A stretch of 64,000 nt of DNA from Mobula hypostoma (taxonomy: Eukaryota). The first letter of the stretch is position 1. Each line of letters begins with the position of its first letter. This document shows, piece by piece, positions 25,246 to 38,138 of this stretch. The notes beneath the pieces are model-generated. The model was not told where the DNA came from and did no database searches. It saw only the letters and a list, made by a program, of their open reading frames with translations. The stretch lies in contig NC_086097.1 of the NCBI RefSeq assembly GCF_963921235.1, positions 208,074,001 through 208,138,000 on the forward strand, written 5' to 3'. The position numbers were made by a program, and so were the translations under genes.

Positions 25246-27867
25246 TTGCAGACAAGGGATTTTAACCAGGCCAGTCTGAAAACAATCACCATCAACAGAT
25301 CACTTGCAATACCAGAGGAAACAACACACTGGACCATTGTTACACCACCATCAAGAATGCCTACCGTGCTATTCCGCACCCTCACTTCGGGAAGTCTGAT
25401 CACCTGACTGTACTTCTACTCCCTGAGTATAGGCAGAGACTGAAGACTGCAGCATCAGTAGTGAGGACCAAGAAGGTATGGACAAGGGAAGCACAGGAGC
25501 GCCTACAGGACCCCTTTGAATTGGTGGACTGGACTGTATTCAGGGTCTCATCTTCGAATCTGGATGAGTATGCTACAGTTGTTACCAACTTCATTAAAAC
25601 CTGCGTGAGTGAGTGTGTGCCTACAAAGAATTGCTGTGCATTCCCAAACCAAAAGCCGTGGATGAACCAGGAGGTACGTCATCTGCTGAAAGCTAGATCT
25701 GTGGCATTCAAGTCTGGCGACCCAGGTCTGTACCAGAAGACCAGATATGATTTGTGAAGGGCCATTTCAAGGACGAAGAAGCAATTTCAAATGAAGTTAG
25801 AGGTGACATCGGATGCACGGCAACTCTGGCAGGGCTTGCAAGACATTGCTTCCTACAAAGCGAATCCAATAGCATGAATGGCAGTGATGCTTCACTACCA
25901 GATGAACGCAACGTTTTCTATGCCCGCTTTGAAAGGGAGAACACAACTACAGCTGTGAAGATTCCTGCTGCACCCATTGACACTGTGATCTGTATCTCGG
26001 AGGCTGATGTTAGGCTGTCTTTAAGGCGGGTAAACCCTCGCAAGGTGGAAGGCCCCAACGGTGTACCTGGTAAGGCTCTGAAAACTTACGCCAACCAACT
26101 GGCAGGAGTATTCAAGGACACTCAACTTTTCACTGCTATGGGTGGAAGTTCCCACATGCTTCAAAAAGCCAACAATTATACCAATGCCAAAGAAGAATAA
26201 TATGATCTGCCTTAATGACTATTGCCCAGTAGCACTCACATCTACAGTGATGAAATGCTTTGAGAGGTTGGTCATGACTAGACTGAACTGCTGCCTCAAC
26301 AAGGACCTGGACCCACTGCAATTTGTCTATCACCACAATAGATAAACGGCAGACACAATCTCAATGGCTCTTCACATGACCTTAGACCACCTGGACACCT
26401 ATATCAAGATGCTGTTCATTGACTATAGCTCAGCATTTAACACCATCATTCCCACAATCCTGACTGAGAAGTTACAGAACCTGGGCCTCTGTACCTCCCT
26501 CTGCAATTGGATCCTCAACTTCCTAACTGGAAGACCACAATCTGTGCGGATTTGTGATAATAACTCCTCCTCACTGACGATCAACACTGGCGCACCTCAG
26601 GGGTGTGTGCTTAGCCCACTGCTCTACTTTCTATATACCCATGACTGTGTGGCTAGGCATAGCTCAAATACCATCTATAAATTTGTTGATGATACAACTA
26701 TTGTTGGTAGAGTCTCAGATGGAGTTGAGAGGGCGTACAGGAGTGAGATATGCCAATTAGTGGAATGGTGCCACAGCAACAACCTGGCACTCAACGTCAG
26801 TAAGACAAAAGAGCTGATTGTGGATTCAGGAAGGGTAAGATGAAAAAACACATACCAATCCTCATAGAGGTGGAGAGAGTGGGCAGTTTCAAGTTCCTGG
26901 GTGTCAAAATATCCGAGGACCTAACCTGATCCCAACATATCGATGCAGCTATATGAGGGGTGATTGATAAGTTCGTGGCCTATGGTAGGCAATGAGTTAT
27001 AAGCTCTCGTTACATGCACATGCAGTTCAACTCTTTGAGAGAAAATGCAAAAAGATTGAAGTTAATAACTCATCTCCTTCTACTTTAGGCCACAAACTTA
27101 TCAATCACCCAAGACGCCGACTTCTACAAAGAAGGGATTCGTATGCTCCACGACCACTGGACTAAGTGTGTAAATGTAGGGAAAATAAATGTACTAGGTT
27201 TTCTAAAACTGACTCCTTCTACCTTAGGCCATGAACTTATCGATCACCCCTCGTAAAGATGGTAAGACAGCAACTAATCTTCATTAGGAGTTTGAAGAGA
27301 TTTGGTATGTCAACAAAAACAATAAAAAAAAACTTCTATAGATGTGCTGTGGACAGCATTCTGACAGGCTGCATCACTGTCTGGTATGGAGGTGGCTTCT
27401 GCACGGGGCTGAAAGAAACTGCAAAGAGCCGTAAGTTTAGTCAGCTCCATCTTGGGTACTAGCCTACAAAGTACCCAGGACATCTTCAAGCAGCAGTGTC
27501 TCAGAAAGGCAGCGTGCATTATTAAGGACCTCCAGCGCCCTGGGCATGCCTTTTTCTCACTGCTACCATCAAGTTGGAGGTACAGAAGCCTGAAGGCATG
27601 CACTCAGCAATTCAGGAACAGCTTCTTCCCCTTTGCCATCCAATTCCTAAATGGACATTGAACCCAGGAACACCACTTCATTTTTTTAATACACATTATT
27701 TCTGTTTTTGCATGATTTTCATATTCATATACAACAATTGATTTACTTATTTATCTATTTTTACTTTTTTCTTCTACATTCTATTATGTATTGCATTGAA
27801 CTGCTGCTGCTGCGTCAACAAATTTCACGACACATGCCGATGATAATAAACCTGATTCTGATTCTAA
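25246..27867 (+). mobile_element. Rex1/Babar LINE, 5'-truncated (end of APE, RT, 3' UTR)
   Basis: [50 protein letters not shown]; (ctgatt)n tail; same family as 63293-64000. Confidence 0.93.
26954..27253 (+). mobile_element. mariner-derived MITE inserted at a TA in Rex1
   Basis: TIRs tgaggggtgattgataagttcgtggcct / aggccatgaacttatcgatcacccctcg; TA at 26952-26953 and 27254-27255; remnant QDADFYKEGIRMLHDHWTKCVNVG at 27110-27181 matches the mariner transposase C-terminus. Confidence 0.92.
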
Positions 27868-29409
27868 CATGGTCAAGAGGTTCAATTGTTGTTCAGTCCA
27901 AACGTCAGAATGGGGAAGAAATATGATGTAGGTGACTTTGACCATGGAATAGTCATTGTTGCCAGACAGGGTTGCTTGAGTATCTCATAAACGGCTGAGC
28001 TTTTCACACTCAACAGTATACAGAGTTTACAGAGAATGGTGTGAGAAACAAAAATATTCAGTGAGTAGCAGTTCTGCGGGTGAAAATGACTTGATAATGA
28101 GAGAGGTTAGAGGAGATTGCCTGACTGGTTCAAGCTGACTTAAAGGTGATGGTAACTCAAATAATCATGTGTTACAACAGTGGTGTGCTGAAGAGAATCT
28201 CTGAATGCCCAATACTTCAAACCTTGTCACCAATTGGCTATAGCAGCAAAAGACCATGGAAACACACTCAGTGGCTAATTTAGTAGGTACAGGTGGTATC
28301 TAATAAAGTAGCCACTGAGTGTATGTGTTGTATTTTTTGTAAGGTGGAGTTTGATGTATTTGTAACATCTTAGTTAGTCATCAGTGACTAGATTTATGAA
28401 GTCACTGATGCCGTCTGTTTCAAAAGAATTGAGCACATTTCAGAGAATAACAGGCACAACGACTGTGCAACAAGTTTAGCAAGTTTAGTTTTACAGATCC
28501 TCTGTATTACAGGGTCTTTGGGTGTATGCATGTCATTCCATTGTCTCCACATTGTCTCTACGACCTATGAGATGATTCCATGCTCTCAACCTGCAGAACA
28601 CTGAGTGACCAAGAGGAAGCACATCGAACAGGTCAGTGTACAGCAAACAGATAGCACTAATAATCCCTCCTTTCTAAGCTGGTCCATGAGTTTGATCCTC
28701 AGAGACTAATCAAAAGCTGGCTACTGCAAGGCAAGAGCTATCTATCCTACAGTGACATATCTGAGAATATATGGTGCACCACTGTAATGAAAATATTTTA
28801 AAATTCATTCCCTGTTCTTTCAGTAGCAAGAGTTAGCTGCAAACAAATAAGGCACTGTTCACATGTAGAAGATTGCAAGAAATTAATGTACCAGTTACAT
28901 AAAGAATAAAATGCAGAAAGAAAGAAAGTGATTAATAAAGCAGTAAAAGAGACAAAATAATACTTATCTACAATCACAAAGCCATTCCACACAAAATATT
29001 GCCAGAGGGAACTGCTAGTATCCGACAGATTTTTCCAATTTCTCTCCCTCTTGGCACTAGCAGCAACCCAGCCTGAGAGAAGATTTCCATTTACGAAAAG
29101 AAATTGCCCTTTTTTATACCCTTCAAGATCCCTTCAAAAATCTAGGATAACTTTTACCCCGGTACTTTTCCATGCTTAGTGATATCAGCCTGTATCTTCT
29201 TATCGCTTGTGACCTTCGGCATAAACATATAACTTAGAGACAGTGACAACAGGACTGTAAGTAGAAAAATATTCTTCACCAAAATCTATTCTTGAGGATG
29301 TGCATCCATGAACATCTCTAGGCTATAGACATGGACTCACATGAAGTTTTCCGAACATCGCTGTAGACTTGTTCCCTTGTACTTCTCAAAACATTTTCAC
29401 ATCCCAGAC

Positions 29410-32400
29410 TAAAAAGCGGCCAGTGCGTGAGTGGGCCAGTGAAGGAGTGGAGCTTTGAGGCTTCGATGAGAAGAGGCAGAGGACAAGCTAGCTCGCAGTT
29501 AGTTTTTACAATGTCTCCTGAGACGGTGATGTGCCTCTCATATGAGATGTGGCAGTCTAGAGGGAATGCCCCTCTCCCGCAGAGTCACATCTGCCAGAAG
29601 TGCATACTGCTGGGCGATCTGGAAGACCGTGTAAGGAATCTGGAGCAGCAGCTGGATGACCTTCCACTCATAATGGAGAATGAGGCAGTCATAGATGAGA
29701 GCTACAGGGAGGTAGTCACACCTAGGCTGTCGGAAGCAGGTCGTTGGGTGACAGTCAGAGGGGGGAAAGCGAAGGTGAGCAGACAGGTAGTGCAGAGCAC
29801 CCCTGTAGCCATTCCCCTGAATAATAAGTTTACCGTCCTGGATACTGTTGGCGGGGACGACCGACCAGGTGTGAGCCACGGTGGCAGGGCCTCCGGCACT
29901 GAGTCTGACCCTATGGTGCAGAAGGGTGGGACGGAGAAGAGGAGAGCTGTCGTCATTGGAGACTCTATAGTCAGGGGAGCAGACAGGAGATTTTGAGGAT
30001 GTGAGAAGGACACCCGCATGGTTTGTTGCCTCCCAGGTGCCAGGGTCCGGGATGTCTCTGACCGGGTGCACGACATCCTGGTACGAGAGGGAAAGCAACC
30101 AGAAGTCGTAATACATGTTGGGACCAACGACGTAGGCAGGAAGAGGGATGAGGTCCTGAAGTGTGAGTTTCGGGAACTAGGCAGAAGGCTGAAGAACAGG
30201 ACCTCAAGGGTGGCGTTCTCAGGATTGCTGCCAGAGCTACGTGACAGTGATGGTAAGAATTGGAGGAGATGGCAGTTGAATGCGTGGCTGAGGAGTTGGT
30301 GCAGAGGGCAGGGGTTTAGATTTATAGATCATTGGGATCTCTTCTGGGGAAGGTGAGACCTGTACAGATTGGATGGGTTGCACCTGAACTCGAGGGGGAG
30401 CAATATCCTTGCAGGTAGGTTTGCTAGCATGGTTCGGGAGGGTTTAAACTAATTTGCGAGGGGGATGGGACCCAGAGCGATAGAGCAGTGAAAGAAGTGC
30501 ATGGAGTAAAGCCAGATCTAACATACAGAGAGGCTTTGAGGAAAGAGAAGCAGAGTAAATGGTGTAAAGACAGTAAGGTGAAGGGCTGAAATGTGTGTAC
30601 CTCAATGCAAGAAGCATCAGGAACAAAGGTGATGAACTGAGAGCTTGGACACATACATGTAATTATGATGTAGTGGCCATTACAGAGACTTGGCTGGCAC
30701 CAGGGCAGGAATGGATTCTCAATATTCCTGGATTTCAGTGCTTTAAAAGGGATAGAGAGGGCAGAAAAAGGGGAGGAGGGGTGACTTTACTGGTCGGGGA
30801 TACTATTACAGCTACAGAAAGGGTGGGTAATGTAGCAGAATCCTCTTTTGAGTCAATATAGGTGGAAGTCAGGAACAGGAAGGGAGCAGTTACTCTACCG
30901 GGGGTATTCTATAGGCCCCCTGGTAACCGCAGAGATACAGAGGAGCAGATTGGGAGGCAGATTTTGGAAAGGTGCAAAAATAACAGGGTTGTTATCATGG
31001 GTGACTTTAACTTCCCTAATATTGATTGGCACCTGATTAGTTCCAAGGGTTTGGATGGGGCAGAGTTTGTTAAGTGTGTCCAGGATGGATTCCTGTCACA
31101 GTATGTGGACAGACCGACCGGGGAGAATGCCATACTAGATGTTGTACTAGGTAATGAACCGGGTAAGGTCACAGATCTCTCAGTGGGTGAGCATCTGGGG
31201 GACAGTGACCACCGCTCCCTGGCCTTTAACATTATCATGGAAAAGGATAGAATCAGAGAGGACAAGAACATTTTTAGTTGGGGAAAGGCAAATTATGAGG
31301 CTATAAGGCTAGAACTTGTGGGTGTGAATTGGGATGCTGTTTTTGCAAGGAAATGTACTGTGGACATGTGGTTGCTGTTTAGAGATCTCTTGCAGGATGT
31401 TGGGGATAAATTTGTCCGGGTGAGGAAGATAAAGGATGGTAGGGTGAAGGAACCATGGGTGACAAGTGAGGTAGAAAATCTAGTCAGGTGGAAGAAGGCA
31501 GCATACATGAGGTCTAGGAAGCAAGGATCAGATGGTTCTATTGAGGAATATAGGGAAGCAAGAAAGGAGCTTAAGAAGGGGCTGAGAAGAGCAAGAAGGG
31601 GGCATGAGAAGGCCTTGGTGAGTAGAGTAAAGGAAAATCCCAAGGCATTCTTCAATTATGTGAAGAAACAAAGGATGACAGGAGTGAAAGTAGGATCGAT
31701 TGGAGATAAAGGTGGGAAGATGTGCCTGGAGGCTGTGGAAGTGAGCGAGGTCCTCAATGAATACTTCTCTTCTGTATTCACCAATGAGAGGGAATTTGAT
31801 GATGGTGAGGGCAATATGAGTGAGGTTGATGTTCTGGAGCATGTTGATTTCAAGGGAGAGGAGATGTTGGAGTCGTTAAAATAAATTAGGACAGTAAGTC
31901 CCCGGGGTCTGACGGAATATTCCCCAGGCTTCTCCACGAGGCGAGAGAAGGGATTGCTGAGCCTCTGGCTAGGATCTTTATGTCCTCGTTGTCCACAGGA
32001 ATGGTACCGGAGGATTGGAGGGAGACGAATGTTGTCCCCTTGTTCAAAAAAGGTAGTAGGGATAGTCCGGGTAATTATAGGCCAGTGAGCCTTACGTCTG
32101 TGGTGGGAAAGCTGTTGGAAAAGATTCTTAGAGATAGGATCTATAGGCATTTAGAGAATCATGGTCTGATCAGGGACAGTCAACATGGCTTTGTGAAGGG
32201 CAGATCGTGTCTAACAAGCCTGATAGAGTTCTTTGAGGAGGTGACCAGGCATATAGATGAGGGTAGTGCAGTGGATGGGATCTATATGGAGTTTAGTAAG
32301 GCATTTGACAAGGTTCCACATGGTAGGCTTATTCAGAAAGTTAGAAGGCATGGGATCCAGGGAAGTTTGGCCAGGTGGATTCAGAATTGGCTTGCCTGCA

Positions 32401-33440
32401 GAAGGCAGAGGGTGGTGGTGGAGGGAGTACATTCAGATTAGAGGATTGTGACTAGTGGTGTCCCACAAGGATCTGTTCTGGGACCTCTACTTTTCGTGAT
32501 TTTTGTTAACGACCTGGATGTAGGGGTAGAAGGGTGGGTTGGAAAGTTTGCAGATGACACAAAGGTTGGTGGTGTTGTAGATAGTGTAGAGGATTGTCAA
32601 AGATTGCAGAGAAACATTGATAGGATGCAGAAGTGGGCTGAGAAGTGGCAGATGGAGTTCAACCTGGAGAAGTGTGAGGTGGTACACTTTGGAAGTACAA
32701 ACTCCAAGGCAGAGTACAAAGTAAATGGCGGGATACTTGGTCGTGTGGAGGAGCAAAGGGATCTCAGGGTACATGTCCACAGATCCCTGAAAGTTGCCTC
32801 ACAGGTGGATAGGGTAGTTAAGAAACTTATGGGGTGTTAGCTTTCATAAGTCGAGGGATAGAGTTTAAGAGTCGCGATGTAATGATGCAGCTCTATAAAA
32901 CTCTGTTTAGGCCACACTTGGAGTACTGTGTCCAGTTCTGGTCACCTCACTATAGGAAGGATGTGGAAGCACTGGAAAGGGTACAGAGGAGATTTACCAG
33001 GATGCTGCCTGGTTTAGAATGTATGCATTATGATCAGAGATAAGGGGAGCTAGGGCTTTACTCTTTGGAGAGAAGGAGGATGAGAGGAGACATGATAGAG
33101 GTGTACAAGATAATAAGAGGAATAGATAGAGTGGATAGCCAGCGCCTCTTCCCCAGGGCACCACTGCTCAATTCAAGAGGACACGGCTTTAAGGTAAGGG
33201 GTGGGAAGTTCAAGGGGGATATTAGAGGAAGGTTTTTTACTCAGAGAGTGGTTGGTGTGTGGAATGCACTGCCTGAGTCAGTGGTGGAGGCAGATACTCT
33301 AGTGAAGTTTAAGAGACTACTAGATATATGGAGGAATCTAAGGTGGGGTCTTATATGGGAGGTAGGGTTTGAGGGTCGGCACAACATTGTGGGCCGAAGG
33401 GCCTGTACTGTGCTGTACTATTTTATGTTCTATGTTCTAA
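29410..33440 (+). mobile_element. Near full-length CR1 LINE (ORF1 zinc finger plus SGNH esterase; ORF2 APE plus RT), inactivated by scattered stops and frameshifts
   Basis: HICQKC; VIGDSIVR, HVGTND, DGLHLN; YLNARS, GDFN, SDH; NYRPVSLTS, GVPQGSVLGP, FADDT; tatgttc tail. Confidence 0.96.
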
Positions 33441-33689
33441 CAGTGTTTTGTCTTACAAAATTCCATTTTGTGTGACACAAGAAGAAATCAAATTTAACTG
33501 TTTCCTTACAACCACCCAAGTACATATGGGCACCATGCATACAGTGAAAGCCATGCTGTTACACAATAAGTATAGAGAAGATCAGTGGAGTGCTGATACA
33601 GAGAACCCATTGGCAGCACAGCCCTGGAGGAGCCCAATATTACTCAGTGCATCAACAAGCAATCCCCATACTATCTCCTAACAGGAACA

Positions 33690-34525
33690 GCATGCTCCTT
33701 TCAGGATGAAGGATAAAATTGACAAGTTTAGGGATTCCTGACTAATGAGAGATATCAAGCCTTTGGTCAAGGAAAAGATGGAAGCATAAACTGGGTTTAG
33801 GAAGTTTGGAGAAGGGAATCCCCAATTACTCTAAAAGATTAAAAGTGAAATCAGGAAGGTAAAGAGAGGGTATGAGAGGGGATAGCAGGAAGGTTTAAGA
33901 AAATCCCCAAATATTCTATAGTTATAGTGTAAATGGGTGGCCAGAGAGCGAGAGTAAGTCTCTTTAAAGATCAGTGGGGTTGTCTATGTCTCAAGACATG
34001 AGAGATGGGTAGGATTTTTAACAAATATTTTTCTTTAGTCTTCACTGAGGAAAAAAAAAACATGTTTGCTCAAGAGATGGGAAAGCAAGTAGAGACATTT
34101 TGGAAGACATTCATATTACCAAGAAGGAGGTAATTGTAGCCTTTCAGCACATTAAGGTAGATAAGGTTCTAACTCAGTGCATCTTTGAACTTTGTGGGAG
34201 TTTAAAGATGAAATTGCAGAGGTTCTTCATTGTTAATAATTGATGAAGTTTCTGAGGACCGGAACTTCACTGACGTTGGTCTATGGTTTAAGAAGGGCAG
34301 CAAGGAAAAGTCAGGGAACTACAGCTTGGGTTAGCCTGACATCAGTAGTTGGGAAGCTACTGGATGGTGTTCTGAAGGACTGGAATTACTCAGTATTTGG
34401 ATAGACAGAGTCTGATTAGGGGGAGTCAGCATAGCTTTGTGAATGGAAAGTTGTCTTGATAACACTTTTTAGACTTTTCTGATGACGTAGCCAAAAGATA
34501 GTTATGGATGGAGCAGTGGACATTT
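33690..34525 (+). mobile_element. Old CR1 ORF2 internal fragment
   Basis: Degenerate match to the FSSVFT...VSLTSVVGKLL...QHSFV region. Confidence 0.7.
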
Positions 34526-35531
34526 TCCCTTGCACTTGCCACGAGTTAAGCAGCCATGAAATCAGCTATTTGATGTGCTTCGGTAAGTCATAGTATCAGT
34601 CTGGTCTGCAAACTTTCTTTAACTAAATGACTTAGTCAGTCTTGTCTGGTTTGATGCAGGCCAAAATAACAGAACCCTATTGTCTTACCCCACATTGCTT
34701 GAGCAGACACCCTCATGCTGTAGGCCAGTGGTCTGTGCTCTACAGACAGCGCTGTTTATTTGCAAAGCTGTCCTTTTAACGTCAGATTGATTATTGCTTT
34801 CAATTTACATGAAGAACTGAAGACTGTCTCCCATTTATGACAAGTGGCTGAACAAAGAATATTGGTTGGAAGTTTAACTTACTCAAAAACAACTCTGATC
34901 TCTAGAAGTGTCAGCTGCTGTGTTAGAAAGCTGAGTTGGCAAAAAGGCCTGGACAGTGAATATTTATCACATCTTTCGCTTGCTTGTTCTAGTAATCCTT
35001 CATATGGTGCCTCAGTTTCTGCTACTGATTAAAAAAATATTTTGATATATCTATATTATTTTGCCTTTTGTTTGGGCATTGCATCCATGTCTTTGATATG
35101 AAGCAAGAAAATGGAAATACATATTGAACTGTGGGTGAATGGAGAATTGAGCTTGTGCTTATGGTAAACATGGCCTAATGAACTGGACATTAACAGCCTA
35201 GATGGAGTCCTTTCCAGTTAGCGTGTGTGTTCCTTTCAGTCTTCTCCTCTCACCTCTGCAGCTCCTGCTCTGCAGCTCCTTTCTAATTGCCAGCTGGTTG
35301 AATTCTCAGACTCGTAAGTTTGTGCAGCATACAACAAAGCCTTATGAATTGTGGGCTGTGTTCTGTGAAGTTGAGGGTCTTCTTCACAGCAGTCTAGGCA
35401 GCAGAATCATACTTTCAGCATACCTATGATATGTTCTATCACAGCCTTGAAGAAAACGATACGTTGAGGTAATAACCACGGTAACCATGGTTTCTGGCAA
35501 TGCAGTCCACAATCTGCTATGAGGTTGGATT

Positions 35532-35666
35532 TGTAATATTGATGTGACTCGGACACCGCTGTAGATTGAACAACCATGCTTATTCACCAGCCTTCCATTT
35601 TTTACTTCTTAACGTCCTGACATCGTACGCACTCTGATGCTACACATACTTACACAATACATTACA
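35532..35666 (-). repeat. 3' LTR (135 bp)
   Basis: tgtaatattg...cattaca, adjacent to the PPT (tcccccttct at 35667-35676). Confidence 0.95.
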
Positions 35667-36124
35667 TCCCCCTTCTCAAGATTTTTTTACAGCACTGTGA
35701 ATTACCAAAACAATGTCTCTAGGTATGCCCTTCTTACAGTGCAACAACCATGACATAAACTAAAAAAAATCTTAACTTCTTGTACTGTATTCCGCATTGT
35801 ATCTTACAATACTAACAGCAGTGTATTATCTTTTACTAACATAGACTAGTAAACCTTTTATTTCACACCTTGGAACTTATAGCATGTGTGACTTTGCCTC
35901 AAACTGTGTGAGACTGTATGCATGTCTAGTCTCTGTATCGAGCTGGAAGTCTGACTTGTCTCCCAGACCATGTGTGATACAACTGTGACTGTGCTTGTCC
36001 TTCATCCGCGTCGGTCTCTCGAGTGACCTCTGTATCTTTGTGGTCTGCATCACTCTTGGTGTCGTTTGTTTCCATGTCTGTATCTGTGGAAATGTCCTGT
36101 GCATCTGTACGTGGAAACTCATTC

Positions 36125-37414
36125 TCACCTGTCTTCAGCAGATGCTTCCTGTTCCTCTTGTAGACTCTTCCATCTGGTGTGCGAACTATGAAGGATCTTG
36201 GTTGCTGATGTCCGTTCACAACCACAGCTGGTTGCCAAGTGTCTCCTCTCTGTATTTTCACCTGTATGCCGATCTGGCCACTGTATTGTATGTTTGTCAT
36301 AGTAGCTCTTTTGCTTTATTCGCTTGTACTTTTGCTTGTCATGTAGTTGAGCATTACCTTCAGGGGTCAGTAGAGTTGTGGATGTTGGCAGTTTGGACTT
36401 CAGACGACGTCCCATCAACAGCTGCGCAGGAGAGAACCCCACACCCTCAATCGGTGTGTTGCGGTATTCAAGCAGAGCAATGTAAGGGTCACCGTTGCTG
36501 CTTTGTGCCTTCTTGAGCATGTTCTTGTCAGTTTGTACAGTTCTCTCTGCTGGTCCATTAGACTGAGCGTGCCCTGGACTGGAAGTAACATGTTGAAATT
36601 CCCAGCTTTCTGAGAACCCTCTGAACTCACCACTGGCATATTGTGGACCGTTGTCACTAACGACAATATCTGCAACACCATGTCTTGTGAATGTCGACTT
36701 CATTGTGGTAATGACACCTCGACTGGACGTGTCACTTAACTTGGTGATCTCCGGATATTTAGAATAGTAGTCCACACAAGGCAGATATTCTGTACCATTG
36801 TAGTGAAAGAGATCTGTGCCAATCTTCTCCCATGGTCTTCCTGGTAGTGGGTGGGGAAGCAGAGGCTCTCTGGGATTGCTGTTTTTATTTTCATTACAGA
36901 CAGCACACTGAGACACAATGTCCTCAATCTGAGTTGACATGCCTGGCCAATAGAGAATGTCCCTCGCTCTTTCTTTACATTTCACTATCTCCAGGTGTGA
37001 CTCATGAATCCTGTTGAGCGTTTCCTGTCTCATTTGGTTTGGTACGATGAGTTTTGCCATTTTGAACATTAGTCCTGATGCATAGCTGATTTCCTCTTTA
37101 AATGTCCAGTATTTCTGCATTTCCTTTGGAACATCTTTTCTTTCTGTTGGCCATCCATTCATTGTAATGTCTCTTAGCATTTGCATTTCAGAATCATCTG
37201 CAGTCGCTTTCCTGAACATGTTCAACTTCTCCTCAGAGATGGGTAGCTGCGGTGTAACCCAGTTGACCTCCAGCTCTCTTCCTAGCAACACTTCCTTTCG
37301 CTCTTTGAGGTAAGTATGGCTCAAAGCATCAGCGATGTGCAGTTCTTTTCCTGGCTTATAGGTGACTGTGAGAATGTACCTCTGTAGCCTGAGAAGCATC
37401 CTTTGCAGTTTCAT
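36125..37414 (-). pseudogene. Gypsy pol: end of RNase H plus integrase
   Basis: HESH..CAVC zinc finger; TDLF, SDNGPQY and AERTV DDE motifs. Confidence 0.93.
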
Positions 37415-37419
37415 AGGAG

Positions 37420-38138
37420 CTTAGTGGAATGGCTTTTTGAAGATGCTCTCAAGTGGTTAGTGATCACTCTCAACCTGGATTTCTTTGCCATATACATATT
37501 GGTGGAACTTCTCACACCCATAAACTATGGCGAGTAATTCCTTCTCGATTTGAGCATATCGGCATTGGTGTCATTTGTTTCTATGTATGTATATGTGGTA
37601 ATGTCCTGTGCTTCTGTACGTGGAAACTCCCTATCGCCTGTAAGTGCTCATGATCCACACGTCACAGGCCCCCCATCCTGCAGCATAACAGCTCCTATTC
37701 TCTCCGAACTGGCATCCACAGACATTGTCACTGGTTTATTGACATCATAGAACTTGAGTGCTGGTACATTGGTAATCAACTGCTTCAATGAGTCAAAACT
37801 TTTCTTTTGTTCGTCTTCCCAATGCCATTCAGTGTTGCTCTCTAGTAGCTTTCGGAGTGGAGCGCTGACCTCTGATAAGTTGGGAATGAATTTGGCAAGA
37901 TACTGTATCATGCCCATGAACCTCAATAGTTCTTGTTTGTCTTTGGGTGGTGGTAGCTGTACCACAGCTCTGACCTTTTCATCGTCTGGTTTTAGCCCAT
38001 CAGCACTGAGTACATGACCTATGTATCTGCTCTCTGTAGCTCTGATCTTACATTTACTTTTGTTCAGTTTTAGGTTGTACTCACGTGCTCTCTCCAGGAG
38101 CTTCCTCAGTCTCTGATCATGTTCCTCAATTGTGTCAC
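37420..38138 (-). pseudogene. Gypsy pol: RT thumb and RNase H, broken
   Basis: LRFMGMIQYLAKFIPNLS, VDAS, YAQIEKE; interrupted near 37566-37642. Confidence 0.88.

Larger units (their letters stand above)
25153..28321 (+). mobile_element. Deleted Tc1-like DNA transposon, interrupted by Rex1 (25246-27867)
   Basis: Decayed transposase N-terminus from 27910 (MGKKYDVGDFDHGIVIVARQG...RVYREW); right end cactcagtgg...ccactgagtg-TA; left part joins across the LINE at ACAT. Confidence 0.85.

Noticed and set aside
29427..30420. Host GDSL/SGNH lipase gene
   Set aside because: It is the known esterase domain of CR1 ORF1, directly upstream of APE-RT.
29538..32780. Antisense ORFs over the CR1
   Set aside because: These are shadow frames of LINE coding sequence.
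35670..36125. env gene or chromodomain after integrase
   Set aside because: The region is short, acidic and low-complexity, with no signal peptide, transmembrane or chromodomain motif visible.
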